Shown here one piece after another: positions 27,921-38,030 of a DNA stretch of 64,000 nt (position 1 is the first letter of the stretch; each line of letters opens with the position of its first letter). The stretch is taken from NCBI GenBank assembly GCA_045863395.1, contig BTVJ01000004.1, forward strand, positions 128,001-192,000. The letters are read 5' to 3'. The translations under genes were made by a program, and so were the position numbers. Under the pieces are notes generated by a model. The model searched no databases. It had not been told where the DNA came from and worked only from the letters and a program-made list of their open reading frames with translations. Source of the DNA: Myxococcales bacterium (GTDB taxonomy: Bacteria; Myxococcota_A; UBA9042; JABWCM01; BTVJ01).

Positions 27921-29330
27921 ATGATGCGCCTCGTAGGCACCAGCCTCGCCGTCGCCCTGGTGATGGGCCTGGCGGCCGTGGCAAACGCCGCTCCCCTGAC
28001 GTTCACCAAGTCCGACCTGCAAGCCAGCCTGTCCGGCAAGTCCATCAAGGCCAAGAAGGCGCTCTCTGCCAACGTCGAGGTGCAGATCGAGAGCCCGACG
28101 TCTGCCCTGCTCCGCGTCACGAACACGAGCCCCGCCGGCGGGGGTGAGGCGAGGCTCCGGCGCTTCGGCTTCCAGCTCAAGGACGGTCCCCAGGCCAAGT
28201 GCCTCTCCTTGGAGGCACCCGGCACCGGCTTCAAGCTCAAGAAGGTGGCCCGCCCCTTCTGCTTCTGGGCCTCCTGGGGCATGACGTGCTGGGACGACAC
28301 CAAGGAGCCGAAGAAGGTCCCCTGGAAGCAGGCGTGGAAGGAGTCGTTGTTCTCGTACAACGTCCACGTGAAGTCTCCAGTCAAGAAGCACGGCATCGCG
28401 GAGGGCGCGTCGGCGCTCGTGCGCATCAAGGTGGCGCCCTCCTGTGCCGGGTCCTTCAAGTTCACGAAGGACTCGTTCCTGCTCGCCCCCCACGCGAAGT
28501 CCGTGGGGCAGAGCGGCAACTGGGCGGCCAAGTTCAAGATCTTCAACGGAAAGAAGAAGGACCGGGGCTGCGCCGTCGGCGTCGCGGGCGTGCCGGCGCC
28601 ACCTCCCCCGCCTCCGCCCCCCGCCTGCGACCCGGAGTTCACCTGGGGAGACCTCGTCGCCACGACGGCGGATCTGACGGGCCAGGCGAGCGCATTCCTC
28701 CCCGTCGACACGCGGGCCGGCAGCGCCCAGGTCATGGTCAACGGCGGTGTCGGGTTCGGGGGACCTTGGACTGACGCGCCATACGAGGCAATCACGGCGA
28801 CCTTGCGCAACGGAGCGGGCGTCATCGTGGAGCAGCTCCAGGCAAACCGCCGCTGGCCGCCTCCGCTGGACGCAGACGGGTGCAATCCGACGCGCGACTA
28901 TCCCGAGTGCTGGAGCTGGTGGGACGCAGCGGTGGACGGTCTGCTGGCCCTCGCGCTCCCCACCTGGAGCGACGGCTCCAACGCTGGGTTCGACGACGGC
29001 CCCCTCCGCCCGACCGTGACGGCCCAGATCCTGAGCGAGGACGTGGGCGAGCCGGACGACAACGCCCACCAGACCGTGGTGGTGCAGTGGCACGCGCCGC
29101 TGGGGCTCGAGAACGCCCAGCTCCTGCTCCGCGCCAGGTACGATGCGTCCCTCGACGGCAGCTTCAACGACGAGCCCTTCGTCACGCTGCTGTCACTCAA
29201 CATCGGCGCCGAGGACGTGTTCTCGCCGGACCTGCTCGTGGAGATCAGCGAGGACCTGACCACCCTGACGGCGACGTTCAGCGTGCAAGCGGGCCTCGAG
29301 GCGGTCTGCCGGGACTACGAGGGCCTCTGA
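27921..29330 (+). CDS. Secreted two-domain hypothetical protein
   Basis: AGGAGG RBS; signal peptide ending ANA; Lys-rich N-domain, poly-Pro hinge, acidic C-domain. Confidence 0.75.
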   Translation: MMRLVGTSLAVALVMGLAAVANAAPLTFTKSDLQASLSGKSIKAKKALSANVEVQIESPTSALLRVTNTSPAGGGEARLRRFGFQLKDGPQAKCLSLEAPGTGFKLKKVARPFCFWASWGMTCWDDTKEPKKVPWKQAWKESLFSYNVHVKSPVKKHGIAEGASALVRIKVAPSCAGSFKFTKDSFLLAPHAKSVGQSGNWAAKFKIFNGKKKDRGCAVGVAGVPAPPPPPPPPACDPEFTWGDLVATTADLTGQASAFLPVDTRAGSAQVMVNGGVGFGGPWTDAPYEAITATLRNGAGVIVEQLQANRRWPPPLDADGCNPTRDYPECWSWWDAAVDGLLALALPTWSDGSNAGFDDGPLRPTVTAQILSEDVGEPDDNAHQTVVVQWHAPLGLENAQLLLRARYDASLDGSFNDEPFVTLLSLNIGAEDVFSPDLLVEISEDLTTLTATFSVQAGLEAVCRDYEGL

Positions 29331-29362
29331 GCCGAGCGCCACCTCCGCACCCGCCCGTTCCC

Positions 29363-30169
29363 CTACTTCCCCAGAACACGCCCCCGCAGGTACTCGGCGG
29401 CCGTCTCGTCCAGCAGCCCGCACTTGCGGATGGCCGTGTAGCTGACCCGCACCTCGGCCTTGGCGCCCATGCGGGACGGGAGCGCGCCCTGGGCGTGGGA
29501 CAGCACGCAGGAGGCGGCAGCGGTGACGGCCCCGATGCGCGTGAAGGGCACGGCGTGGAAGGTGATTCGCACCGCGCAGCCTCCCGTGGCGCAGCCGGTG
29601 GCCTGGTGCGTGACCCGGTCGGCCGCCGACGCCCCGTAGCAGCCGTCCGTGCAGGGGGCGACCGCCATCGTCCCGGGCCAGTCGGGGACGTAGGCGCAGG
29701 TGGCCTCGCCCTCGGCGCACAGGGCGCCGCTGAGGGTCCCGAGGCCCGGGACGCTCGCCGTGGAGCCCTCCTCGATGACCGGCTCCACGTCCGCCTCCGA
29801 CAGATCGATGAAGCTCGTTCCCTGCGCCGTGGCCTCGTCGACGAGGAGCAGGTCGACCACGTCCCCCGACGGGCCGTCCGCGAGGGTCTGACCCTGCTGC
29901 AGTGCCCGCACGGCGGCGCGGAACAGGAGGGCGTCGGCGGGCGCGAGGGCGCGGACCTCGTCGAACACGGCCGCGGCCTCCTCCTGGTCCGACACCTGGA
30001 TGAGGTAGCGCCAGGCGAGCTCGTCGAGGGCGGCGACGGGCTGGGTGTGCGCAGCGGTCGGCTCCACGCCCGCGGCGGCCAGGAGCTTGTTGCTGTCGAG
30101 GGTCAGCTCCCCGCAGGCAGCGAGCGCCGAGAGTGAGAGGGCAGAGGCGAGCAGCGCGTGGTGTCTCAT
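29363..30169 (-). CDS. Hypothetical lipoprotein
   Basis: AGGAG RBS; lipobox LAAC; good codon bias. Confidence 0.7.
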   Translation of the reverse strand: MRHHALLASALSLSALAACGELTLDSNKLLAAAGVEPTAAHTQPVAALDELAWRYLIQVSDQEEAAAVFDEVRALAPADALLFRAAVRALQQGQTLADGPSGDVVDLLLVDEATAQGTSFIDLSEADVEPVIEEGSTASVPGLGTLSGALCAEGEATCAYVPDWPGTMAVAPCTDGCYGASAADRVTHQATGCATGGCAVRITFHAVPFTRIGAVTAAASCVLSHAQGALPSRMGAKAEVRVSYTAIRKCGLLDETAAEYLRGRVLGK

Positions 30170-30238
30170 GGGCTCCTGCCGTTGTGTGGGAACGGGGCGG
30201 TCAACCAGACCATCCGTTGTCCCTGACGGCAGGGTTGA

Positions 30239-31042
30239 TCACTTCTTTCTGAGGCGATCCAAAGCGTCTCTGGCGTAGACGCGCACGTCCTCGTGCTCGT
30301 GGCCTTCCAGGCGGCGCAGCGCGTCGCCTGCCTTCGGGTCGCCGACGCGGCCCAGCGCGTAGGCGATGGCTCCGAGCACCGGGGGCTCCTTCTCGCTTGC
30401 GGCGGCCCGCAGGAGCCCGTCGACGCACGAGGGGTCCGCCAGCTCGCCCAATGCGGTGGCCGCGCGCACCCGCACGGGGACGTTCAGATCCTGCTCCACG
30501 CGCTCCACGAGCGGGCCCGTGGCGCGGCGATCTCCGACCGAGCCCAGCGCCTCGGCCGCGTAGCCGCGCACCTCGTCGTCCTTGTCGCGGAGCGCAGCCA
30601 CCAGGGGCTCCACGCTCGCCGGGTCGCGCACGCGGCCGAGCGCGACCACCGCCGCAAAGCGGACGTTCAGGTCCACGTCGGAGAGGGCCTTCAGGAGCGC
30701 CGGCGTCGCCTCGCGGGAGCCCGCCGCGCCGAGCGCGAAGGCTGCGGCGGCGCGCACGCGGACCTTCGGGTCGCCCAAGAGCCCGGCGACGCGCTCCCGC
30801 GCCGCATCGACCGGCACCTCGCTCAGGACGCCGAGGGCCCAGAAGCGCGTCAGCTCATCGGGTGCGTCGAGGGCGGCGGAGAGCCCCGGCCAGACCCCCG
30901 GGCCCAGCGCGATGAGGGCGCGGGCGGCCTCGCAGGTCTCCAGGCTCTCGCAGGACGCGAGGCCGCGGATCAGCGTGGCGGTGTCGGGAGGGTCGGCGAG
31001 GGCGGGGGTGGCCAGCAGGAGCACGAGCAGCGCGGTCTTCAT
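30239..31042 (-). CDS. Secreted HEAT-repeat protein
   Basis: Signal peptide MKTALLVLLLATPALA; repeated 'L.D.D..VR..AA.ALG' units. Confidence 0.85.
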   Translation of the reverse strand: MKTALLVLLLATPALADPPDTATLIRGLASCESLETCEAARALIALGPGVWPGLSAALDAPDELTRFWALGVLSEVPVDAARERVAGLLGDPKVRVRAAAAFALGAAGSREATPALLKALSDVDLNVRFAAVVALGRVRDPASVEPLVAALRDKDDEVRGYAAEALGSVGDRRATGPLVERVEQDLNVPVRVRAATALGELADPSCVDGLLRAAASEKEPPVLGAIAYALGRVGDPKAGDALRRLEGHEHEDVRVYARDALDRLRKK

Positions 31043-31190
31043 GGCCGCCAGCATGGCACAGGGGCGCGCCGTTGGCCAGGGTCCCGGAGTGCAGTGTTGG
31101 AGGGGCGCCTGCCCGCTACTGCGGACCCGATGGTCAGAACTGGCGTCGGGACGCCGTCGGCGGTATTCACACGGGAGCGAGGTGGCGCCC

Positions 31191-32738
31191 ATGTGGACCG
31201 CGGTCCTGGACGAGCTGCACGAGAGCATGACCTTCTGGGTCGCGGGCGCCCTCCTGCTCACCGCCCTCGTGGTGCTGCGGCTCGCCCCCGCGGACCGCAA
31301 GCGCCTGCGGACCATGGCAGCCCTGCTCGGGCTGCACCTGGTGCTCGCCCTCACGGCAGCGGGACTCCGGGAGGTCGGAGCGAGAGCCTACACGACGGTC
31401 CACGCCATCTCGGTGCTCACGCTGGTGGCTGCGGCCGTCGGGATGGGGGTGACGCTCGTCTTCTCGGCGCTGCTGCCGCGCCTCGGGCTTCGGCTGCCGC
31501 GCATCATCCAGGACCTGACCGGCGCAGTGGGGATGATCGTCGCGACGGTGGCCCTGGCGTCGGCGGCGGGCGTGAACCTGTCGGGGCTCATCGCCACGTC
31601 AGCGGTCCTGACGGCGGTGATCGGCCTCGCGTTCCAGGACACCCTCGGCAACGTCATGGGGGGCCTGGTGCTCCAGACCGAGGGGACGCTGCGGGTGGGC
31701 GACTGGATCCGCTTCGACGACGTGGTGGGGCGCATCGTGGACGTGCGGTGGCGGTACACGGCCATCGAGACGCGCAACTGGGAGACCCTGGTCATCCCCA
31801 ACGGCACCCTCGTCAAGAACAAGGTCATGGTGCTCGGGCGGCGCACGGGGATGCCCACGCTGTGGCGCCGCTGGGTGTGGTTCAACGTGGACTTCCGGTT
31901 CCCGCCCCAGGAGGTCATCGACGCGGTCAACGCGGCGCTGGTCGCGGCCCCCATCCCCCGGGTGGCCACGGAGCCGGCGCCCCACGCGCTGTGCATGGAC
32001 CTCGGGGAGAGCGCCGCCCGGTACGCCGTGCGCTACTGGCTCAACGACCTGGCCGTGGACGACCTGACGGACAGCGCCATCCGGGCGCGAATCTTCCTGG
32101 CGCTCAAGCGGGCGGGGATCCCTCCGGCCATCCCCGCTGCGGCCCGCTTCGTGAGCCAGACCACCGAGCGCGACGAGCGCCAGGCCGTGCGGTTCCGGCA
32201 GCGGTGCAAGGAGGCCATCGCCGCCACCGAGCTGTTCTCGCACCTGCCGGAGGAGGACCGGGCGGTGCTGGCCGACGGCCTGCGCTACGCCCCCTTCACC
32301 CGCGGCGAGGTGATCACCCGCCAGGGCGCCGAGGCCCACTGGCTGTACCTGCTGCGACACGGGGAGGTCTCGGTGCGGGTGACCCAGGATGGCATCGAGA
32401 AGGAGGTCAACCACCTGGGCCCGGGCGACTTCTTCGGCGAGATGTCCCTCATGACCGGCGAGCGGCGCCTGGCGACCGTGGTGGCGCTGACGGACGTGGA
32501 GTGCTACCGCCTCGACCGGCACGTGTTCGAGCAGATCATCCACAACCGGCCGCAGCTCGCCGAGGAGGTGGGAAACGTCCTCGCGGAGCGGCGCCTGAAG
32601 CTGGTCGCCGTGCGGGACGACCTGGACCACGAGGCGGCGGCGCGGCGCCTCGCGCAGACGCGAACGGACGTCGTGAAGCGCATCCGCACCTTCTTCGGTC
32701 TGAACGAACCTGAGCGTGGAGAGCCCGAGGACCGGTGA
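31191..32738 (+). CDS. MscS-family mechanosensitive channel with C-terminal cNMP-binding domain
   Basis: TM helices; VIGLAFQDTLGN, RVGDWI, VIPN; cNMP domain GEVITRQG...GDFFGEMSLMTGERRLATV. Confidence 0.92.
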   Translation: MWTAVLDELHESMTFWVAGALLLTALVVLRLAPADRKRLRTMAALLGLHLVLALTAAGLREVGARAYTTVHAISVLTLVAAAVGMGVTLVFSALLPRLGLRLPRIIQDLTGAVGMIVATVALASAAGVNLSGLIATSAVLTAVIGLAFQDTLGNVMGGLVLQTEGTLRVGDWIRFDDVVGRIVDVRWRYTAIETRNWETLVIPNGTLVKNKVMVLGRRTGMPTLWRRWVWFNVDFRFPPQEVIDAVNAALVAAPIPRVATEPAPHALCMDLGESAARYAVRYWLNDLAVDDLTDSAIRARIFLALKRAGIPPAIPAAARFVSQTTERDERQAVRFRQRCKEAIAATELFSHLPEEDRAVLADGLRYAPFTRGEVITRQGAEAHWLYLLRHGEVSVRVTQDGIEKEVNHLGPGDFFGEMSLMTGERRLATVVALTDVECYRLDRHVFEQIIHNRPQLAEEVGNVLAERRLKLVAVRDDLDHEAAARRLAQTRTDVVKRIRTFFGLNEPERGEPEDR

Positions 32739-32823
32739 CCCCAGGGCGTGCGTCGCGTCCTCGTGCTTGCGGCGTCGATGGGGTATCCTCCGCGCGTGTC
32801 CGCCACCTGATCGAGGAGACCTC

Positions 32824-33372
32824 ATGCACCACCGCACCCTGCTACGGGCCGTCGACTTCGCCGCCCGAAAGCACAGGGATCAGCGCCGCAAGGACGACGC
32901 GGCGTCCCCCTACATCAACCACCCCGTCGCTGTGGCCCTGCTGCTCGCGGAGGTGGGCGGCGTGTCCGACCCGGACGTCCTCGCGGCGGCGATCCTCCAC
33001 GACACCCTGGAGGACACCGACACCGCGCCGGCGGAGCTCGAGGCCGAGTTTGGCGCGCGGGTGCGCGCGCTGGTGGAGGAGGTCACCGACGACAAGCGGC
33101 TCCCGAAGCCCGAGCGCAAGCGCCTCCAGGTGGAGCACGCGCGGTCCCTATCGCCCGGCGCCGCTGCCATCAAGCTCGGGGACAAGATCGCCAACGTCCG
33201 GGACGTCACGAGCTCTCCGCCCACGGGGTGGAGCCTGGAGCGGCGCACCGAGTACCTGGAGTGGGCGCAGGCCGTGGTGCGGGCCTGTCCACCGGTGAAC
33301 CAGGAGCTCCTCGACCTCTTCGAGCTGGTGATCGCCGAGGGGAGGCGGGTCCTGGAGTCCGCGACGGAGTAA
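32824..33372 (+). CDS. HD-domain protein, Mesh1/SpoT-hydrolase-like
   Basis: FAARKHRDQRRK, PYINHP, AAILHDTLEDT, EVTDDK, IKLGDKIAN. Confidence 0.92.
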   Translation: MHHRTLLRAVDFAARKHRDQRRKDDAASPYINHPVAVALLLAEVGGVSDPDVLAAAILHDTLEDTDTAPAELEAEFGARVRALVEEVTDDKRLPKPERKRLQVEHARSLSPGAAAIKLGDKIANVRDVTSSPPTGWSLERRTEYLEWAQAVVRACPPVNQELLDLFELVIAEGRRVLESATE

Positions 33373-33376
33373 GAGA

Positions 33377-33868
33377 TCAGCGCTGCCTGCGGTTCCACTC
33401 CGCCCGCGCCTCGCTGCCGGCGGCGCCGAGGGTCGGGTCGAGGCGCTGCGCCTGGTCGAAGGCCATCCGGGCGCGCTCCGTGAGCCCCTGGAGCAGGAGC
33501 GCGTCCCCCAGGCGGGCCCACAGGGTGGCCTCGTCACGCCGGGTGAGGGCCTGGGCATAGGCGGACTGGGCCGCGCCCCCCTGGCCGGCGGCGAGCATGG
33601 CGTCTCCGAGGGCCGCCCAGGCGTCGGGGCTGCCCTCGTCACGGTCGACGGCGTGGGTCGCCGCGATGCACGCCTCCGACCGCCGCCCGAGGAGCCCCAG
33701 GGCCCGGGCGCGCACGACGTGCACGGCGGCCATCCCGTCCCACCGCGGCAGCAGGGAGGCGCACAGGCCGAGGGCGCCGACGGCGTCGCCCGACGCGAGG
33801 AGGGCATCGGCCTGGAGCAGTGCGCGCGCGACGTCTTCCAGCGCGCTCCGTTCGGGGTCCGTGGTCAC
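33377..33868 (-). CDS. Small TPR protein
   Basis: TPR helices (AWAALGDAML, LWARLGDALL...FDQAQRLDP). Start approximate. Confidence 0.7.
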   Translation of the reverse strand: MTTDPERSALEDVARALLQADALLASGDAVGALGLCASLLPRWDGMAAVHVVRARALGLLGRRSEACIAATHAVDRDEGSPDAWAALGDAMLAAGQGGAAQSAYAQALTRRDEATLWARLGDALLLQGLTERARMAFDQAQRLDPTLGAAGSEARAEWNRRQR

Positions 33869-34098
33869 TGGTCGGCTCCGGGGCTCGCTCGCCCGCAGGG
33901 TCACGGGGCGCTCGGTGGCGCGTGGAGGGGTGACTGCGAGCGCCCCCACAATGACACAGGCGCAGGCGGGGCGCCACAACGACGCAGCCCGTCGCGGCTT
34001 CGAACCCGGACACACCGGTTCCACCTCGACCGGCGGTCGATCACCCCTTGACGCTCGCCCGTCACCGCGCCCTACAATGCGCGCCCAAGGAGGCCCCC

Positions 34099-34737
34099 AT
34101 GAAGCGTGGACTCTTGCTCGTCATCGTGGCGCTGTGGGGCTGCAACCCGACCTTCGCCCCGCCGGTTCGCAGCGGCATGTACGGCGCTCCCGGGCGCCTC
34201 GTCGACTCCAGCTTCGAGGTGGGCGGGTCCAGCACCCAGCGCGGCATGGGTGGCCTGTTCGAGGGCTTCGTCGTCGCCCCGGGGCTCGCCGTGGAGGTTG
34301 GCGGCGATCTCTCGGCCCTCGACGACGACGCCCGGTGGGCCATGGGCTGGGTCGGGGCACGCTACACCATCGACCAGGTCCGCCAGCAGAGCGGCGATGG
34401 GCTCTCGATGGACGTCGAGGCCGGCTTCGGCGCTGGCGTCGGCGGCCGCCTCGCCGACGACGACACCCAGTGGTTCGACCGCCCGGCCGGCGGCGGCTAC
34501 GTGGGCTTCGGCCTCGGCTGGCACGCCGAGTGGTTCACGGCCTTCGGGCGCGGCCGCCTCCAGGTCACGGGAGCCGAGGACGTGCCCGTCACCTTGTGGT
34601 GGCAGGCCGTCATCGGCCCCGAGGCCGCCATCGGCCCGGTGTCCCTCTACGTCGCCATCGGGTGGGGTGGGTACACCAACGAGGCGGACAACAACAGCGG
34701 AGGCCTGCTGGACGTGGGGGCGTCCGTGCACTTCTGA
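34099..34737 (+). CDS. Putative lipoprotein / outer-membrane beta-barrel
   Basis: AAGGAGG RBS; LWGC lipobox-like; Gly/aromatic strands; C-terminal Phe. Confidence 0.7.
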   Translation: MKRGLLLVIVALWGCNPTFAPPVRSGMYGAPGRLVDSSFEVGGSSTQRGMGGLFEGFVVAPGLAVEVGGDLSALDDDARWAMGWVGARYTIDQVRQQSGDGLSMDVEAGFGAGVGGRLADDDTQWFDRPAGGGYVGFGLGWHAEWFTAFGRGRLQVTGAEDVPVTLWWQAVIGPEAAIGPVSLYVAIGWGGYTNEADNNSGGLLDVGASVHF

Positions 34738-34827
34738 TCGAGGCCGTCGACACACCCGCACATGGGCGTGGTGACAGAGGGCGGCTGCCGGCGTAGCATG
34801 GTCGTCCCTGGGGACGCGCGAGGGAGC

Positions 34828-36222
34828 ATGGCGCTGGCGATCAGGCTGATCCGTGCCTTGACCGTGTTCGGGCTCATCTTCACGAGCTACCTCGTGCAGA
34901 TAGGGCTCGGGCGGCTCTTTGGGCGCTGGCAGACCGACCCGGAGACGGGGCGCGAGCGGAGGGAGCTACCGGACTGGCTCCACCGCCGGCGCCGCCAGGT
35001 GGACCTGAACAACGCGGGGCGGCTCCTGCGAGGCATCCTGAGGCTGCGGGGGGTCTACATCAAGCTCGGGCAGGTGCTGTCCATCATGGGGGGCTTCCTG
35101 CCGCGGGTGTACGCCAGGATCCTGGAGCCGCTCCAGGACCAGGTGCCCCCGCACCCCTTCTCTGACGTGGTGGGCACCTTCGAGCAGAGCTTCGGGCGGT
35201 CGATCCACGAGGCCTTCGACCACATCGAAGAGAAGCCCATCGCGTCGGCGTCGCTGGGCCAGGTGCACGTCGCCCACCTCCCCGACGGCACCAAGGTGGC
35301 GGTCAAGGTGCTCTACAAGGGCATCCGCGACGTGGTGCGCGTCGACATGCGGGTCATCGGGCTGGCGGTCAAGGTCTACAAGTGGTTCGTCCCGGTCCAG
35401 GGGCTCGAGCGGGTGCACTCTTCGCTGGTGGACCTGCTCCGGCGCGAGACGGACTACGAGCACGAGGCCGCCTGCATGGAGCGCATGGCCGCCAACTTCG
35501 CTGCGCAGCCCGACATCCTGTTTCCGTCGGTCGTCCGCGCGCTGTCGAGCCGCGACGTGCTGACAATGACATTCATGGAGGGGGTGAAGATCACCAACCT
35601 CGGGGCCATCGAGGCCCTGGGCGTCGAGCGGCGCAAGGTGGCGCACCGGCTCGTCCAGTCGTTCTACCAGCAGATCCTGGTGGACCGCTTCTTCCACGCC
35701 GACCCCCACCCCGGCAACTTCCTCGTGCAGGCGGACCCGGAGACCCACGCGCCGCGCATCGTCGTGCTGGACTTCGGAGCGGTGTGTGAGGTGGAGCCGC
35801 AGATGGTGGACGGGATGATCGACATCCTGCAGGGCATCTTCTTCAAGAAGAGCGAGCTGGTCCTCGGGGGCTTCCACAAGATGGGCTTCGTGGCGCAGGA
35901 CGGAAACCGTGAGCTCCTCGAGCGGACGGTGATGACCTACTTCCAGAAGCTCCTGTCCATCGAGCGATCCGCGGGCCAGCTCATGCGGGCCAGCACCCGG
36001 GAGCTGGAGAAGCTGGCAGACCCCGAGGTGGCGCGCATGGAGCTGCGGGAGCTGATGCGGTCCATCGAGTACCCGGAGGGGTGGTTCTACGTGGAGCGGG
36101 CGTCGGTGCTGCTGTTCTGGCTCGTCGGGCAGATCGAGCCGGACCTGGACAGCCTGACCATCGGGCTGCCCTACGTGATGCCGATCCTCGCGGAGCGCCA
36201 GCGACGCGCGGCAATGGGGTGA
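34828..36222 (+). CDS. ABC1/UbiB (AarF) atypical kinase family protein
   Basis: YIKLGQ, LQDQVPP, PIASASLGQVH, VAVKV, FFHADPHPGN, LDFG. Confidence 0.93.
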   Translation: MALAIRLIRALTVFGLIFTSYLVQIGLGRLFGRWQTDPETGRERRELPDWLHRRRRQVDLNNAGRLLRGILRLRGVYIKLGQVLSIMGGFLPRVYARILEPLQDQVPPHPFSDVVGTFEQSFGRSIHEAFDHIEEKPIASASLGQVHVAHLPDGTKVAVKVLYKGIRDVVRVDMRVIGLAVKVYKWFVPVQGLERVHSSLVDLLRRETDYEHEAACMERMAANFAAQPDILFPSVVRALSSRDVLTMTFMEGVKITNLGAIEALGVERRKVAHRLVQSFYQQILVDRFFHADPHPGNFLVQADPETHAPRIVVLDFGAVCEVEPQMVDGMIDILQGIFFKKSELVLGGFHKMGFVAQDGNRELLERTVMTYFQKLLSIERSAGQLMRASTRELEKLADPEVARMELRELMRSIEYPEGWFYVERASVLLFWLVGQIEPDLDSLTIGLPYVMPILAERQRRAAMG

Positions 36223-36827
36223 GCGTGGAGCCCGTCACCATCCGCCCCATGCGCCCCAGCGACGCCGAGGCCGTCGCTGACCTGGCCGAGCGGCTCATCG
36301 GACCCGGGTACTATCCGCCAGCGACGGTCCTGGAGTACCTGGCGCGCTCCACGGTGGGCGACGTCGTGTGCTCCCACGTGGCGCATGTCGGGGAGCGGCT
36401 GGTGGGCTTCCGGTTCGCGCTGCCGCCGGGGCGCTGGGAGGAGGGCCGCGGCCAGGGCCTGCACCCGGACCGGTGGCCCGCGCCGCTTCAGCGCTGCGCC
36501 TACTTCCAGTCGTCCTACGTCGATGACGCCTTCGCGGGGCGCCGCATCGGACGCCTGATGGCCCTTCAGGCCATCGCAGCCTTGAAGGCGCTCGGCGCCG
36601 CCGCCATCGTGACCCACTCCTGGAAGGAGTCACCCCACGGCTCCTCGCTCCGCTACCTCACGCGCCTCGGCTTCGTGGCCGTGGCGGAGCTGCCCGCGTA
36701 CTGGTCCGAGGTGGACTACGTCTGCCGGCTCGACGGCAAGCCGTGCCTGTGCACGGCCATCGAGATGGTGCTCGACCTGACCCGCCCGCAGGGGGCGGCG
36801 GAACACTCGCCCAAGGAGCATACGTGA
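36219..36827 (+). CDS. GNAT N-acetyltransferase
   Basis: GTGA overlap; TIRPM; YVDDAFAGRRIGRLM (acetyl-CoA motif A); RLGF. Confidence 0.8.
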   Translation: MSVEPVTIRPMRPSDAEAVADLAERLIGPGYYPPATVLEYLARSTVGDVVCSHVAHVGERLVGFRFALPPGRWEEGRGQGLHPDRWPAPLQRCAYFQSSYVDDAFAGRRIGRLMALQAIAALKALGAAAIVTHSWKESPHGSSLRYLTRLGFVAVAELPAYWSEVDYVCRLDGKPCLCTAIEMVLDLTRPQGAAEHSPKEHT

Positions 36828-37984
36828 GCGTAGCGTACTGGCAGGACGCATCGGCGGCGCAGCCCGTCTGCGAGGTTGACATCTTGATCGTCGGCGCGGG
36901 GATCGCCGGGTGGTCCGTCGCGTACTGGCTCCGGGACGAGGGCCTGAGCGTGGCGGTGCTCGACCGGGGCGACCGCTGCGCCGGGGCGACGGGGCGCAAC
37001 GCCGGCTTCGCGACCTGCGGCTCCGTGGAGCACTACGCGCGGCAGGTCGCCAAGCACGGCCCGGAGCTGGCGCGGGAGCTGTGGGCGCTCTCCGAAGAGA
37101 ACCTCCGGCTCCTGCGGAAGGAGCTCGTCGACCGGGGCGTGGAGTGCGATTTCGTTCAGCGGGGCACGTACTCGCTGGCGGGCGGCGCCCACGAGCTGGA
37201 AGAGCTTGCGCGATCGGCGGAGCTGATGGCCAGCGAGGGCATCCGCGTCTCCATGGTCGACGAGGCCCACGTGCGGGAGCACCTGGGCGCCCGCGGCTTC
37301 GCGGGCGGCGCCCTCTACCACGACGACGGGGAGCTGCACCCGGTCAAGCTCGTCACGGGCATGGCCGAGCGGTCGGGGGCGGCGTTCTACCCCCACCACG
37401 AGGTGCACCGCATGGAGCAGGGGCCCGACGGGGTGGACGTGTGGACCCAGCGGCGGCGCTTCCGGGCGCAGGCGGTGGTGCTGGCGACCAACGGCTACTC
37501 CTACCTGCTCGACCCGTGGTTCGCCGACCGGATCTACCCGACCCGCGGGCAGATCATCGTGACGGAGCCAGCGCCACCCTTCCTGGCCGCCCCGTGCTAC
37601 GCCAACTTCGTGCTCGACTACTTCCGGCAGCTCCCCGACGGGCGCGTGCTCATCGGTGGCTTCCGCCAGCTCGCCAAGGAGACGGAGGTCGGGTCCGCCG
37701 ACGAGCCGAACCCTGTGATCCAGGCCGCGCTGGAGGCGTTCCTCGAGGAGCACTTCGAGGCGCTGCACGGCAAGCGCATCGAGTACCGCTGGGCGGGCAT
37801 CATGGGCTTCTCGGTGGACGGCGTGCCGCTCATCGGGTCGCTCCCCGGCAAGCCGAGCGTCTACTTCGTCGGGGGCTTCACCGCCCACGGCATCGGCTTC
37901 GCGTTCAAGGCGGGGCAGCTCACCGCGCGGCTGATCACCCGCGGGGAGGCGCCCGGGCCGCTGAGCGCGCGGCGGCTCCGGTGA
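36824..37984 (+). CDS. FAD-dependent oxidoreductase (DAO/PuuB-like)
   Basis: GTGA overlap; IVGAGIAG, GATGRNAG, ATNGY, RGQ, WAGIMG, GGFTAHGIG. Confidence 0.92.
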   Translation: MSVAYWQDASAAQPVCEVDILIVGAGIAGWSVAYWLRDEGLSVAVLDRGDRCAGATGRNAGFATCGSVEHYARQVAKHGPELARELWALSEENLRLLRKELVDRGVECDFVQRGTYSLAGGAHELEELARSAELMASEGIRVSMVDEAHVREHLGARGFAGGALYHDDGELHPVKLVTGMAERSGAAFYPHHEVHRMEQGPDGVDVWTQRRRFRAQAVVLATNGYSYLLDPWFADRIYPTRGQIIVTEPAPPFLAAPCYANFVLDYFRQLPDGRVLIGGFRQLAKETEVGSADEPNPVIQAALEAFLEEHFEALHGKRIEYRWAGIMGFSVDGVPLIGSLPGKPSVYFVGGFTAHGIGFAFKAGQLTARLITRGEAPGPLSARRLR

Positions 37985-38030
37985 CGCGCCCCCCATTGAC
38001 TCGGGCGCCCGAACCAGGACACTTGGCGAG

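Noticed and set aside
33985..34030. GGTTCGAA (tRNA T-loop-like) on the minus strand
   Set aside because: No T-stem pairing and no cloverleaf.
34048..34078. TTGACG-N19-TACAAT as a MerR-type promoter
   Set aside because: No dyad in the spacer and no MerR gene nearby; probably an ordinary promoter.
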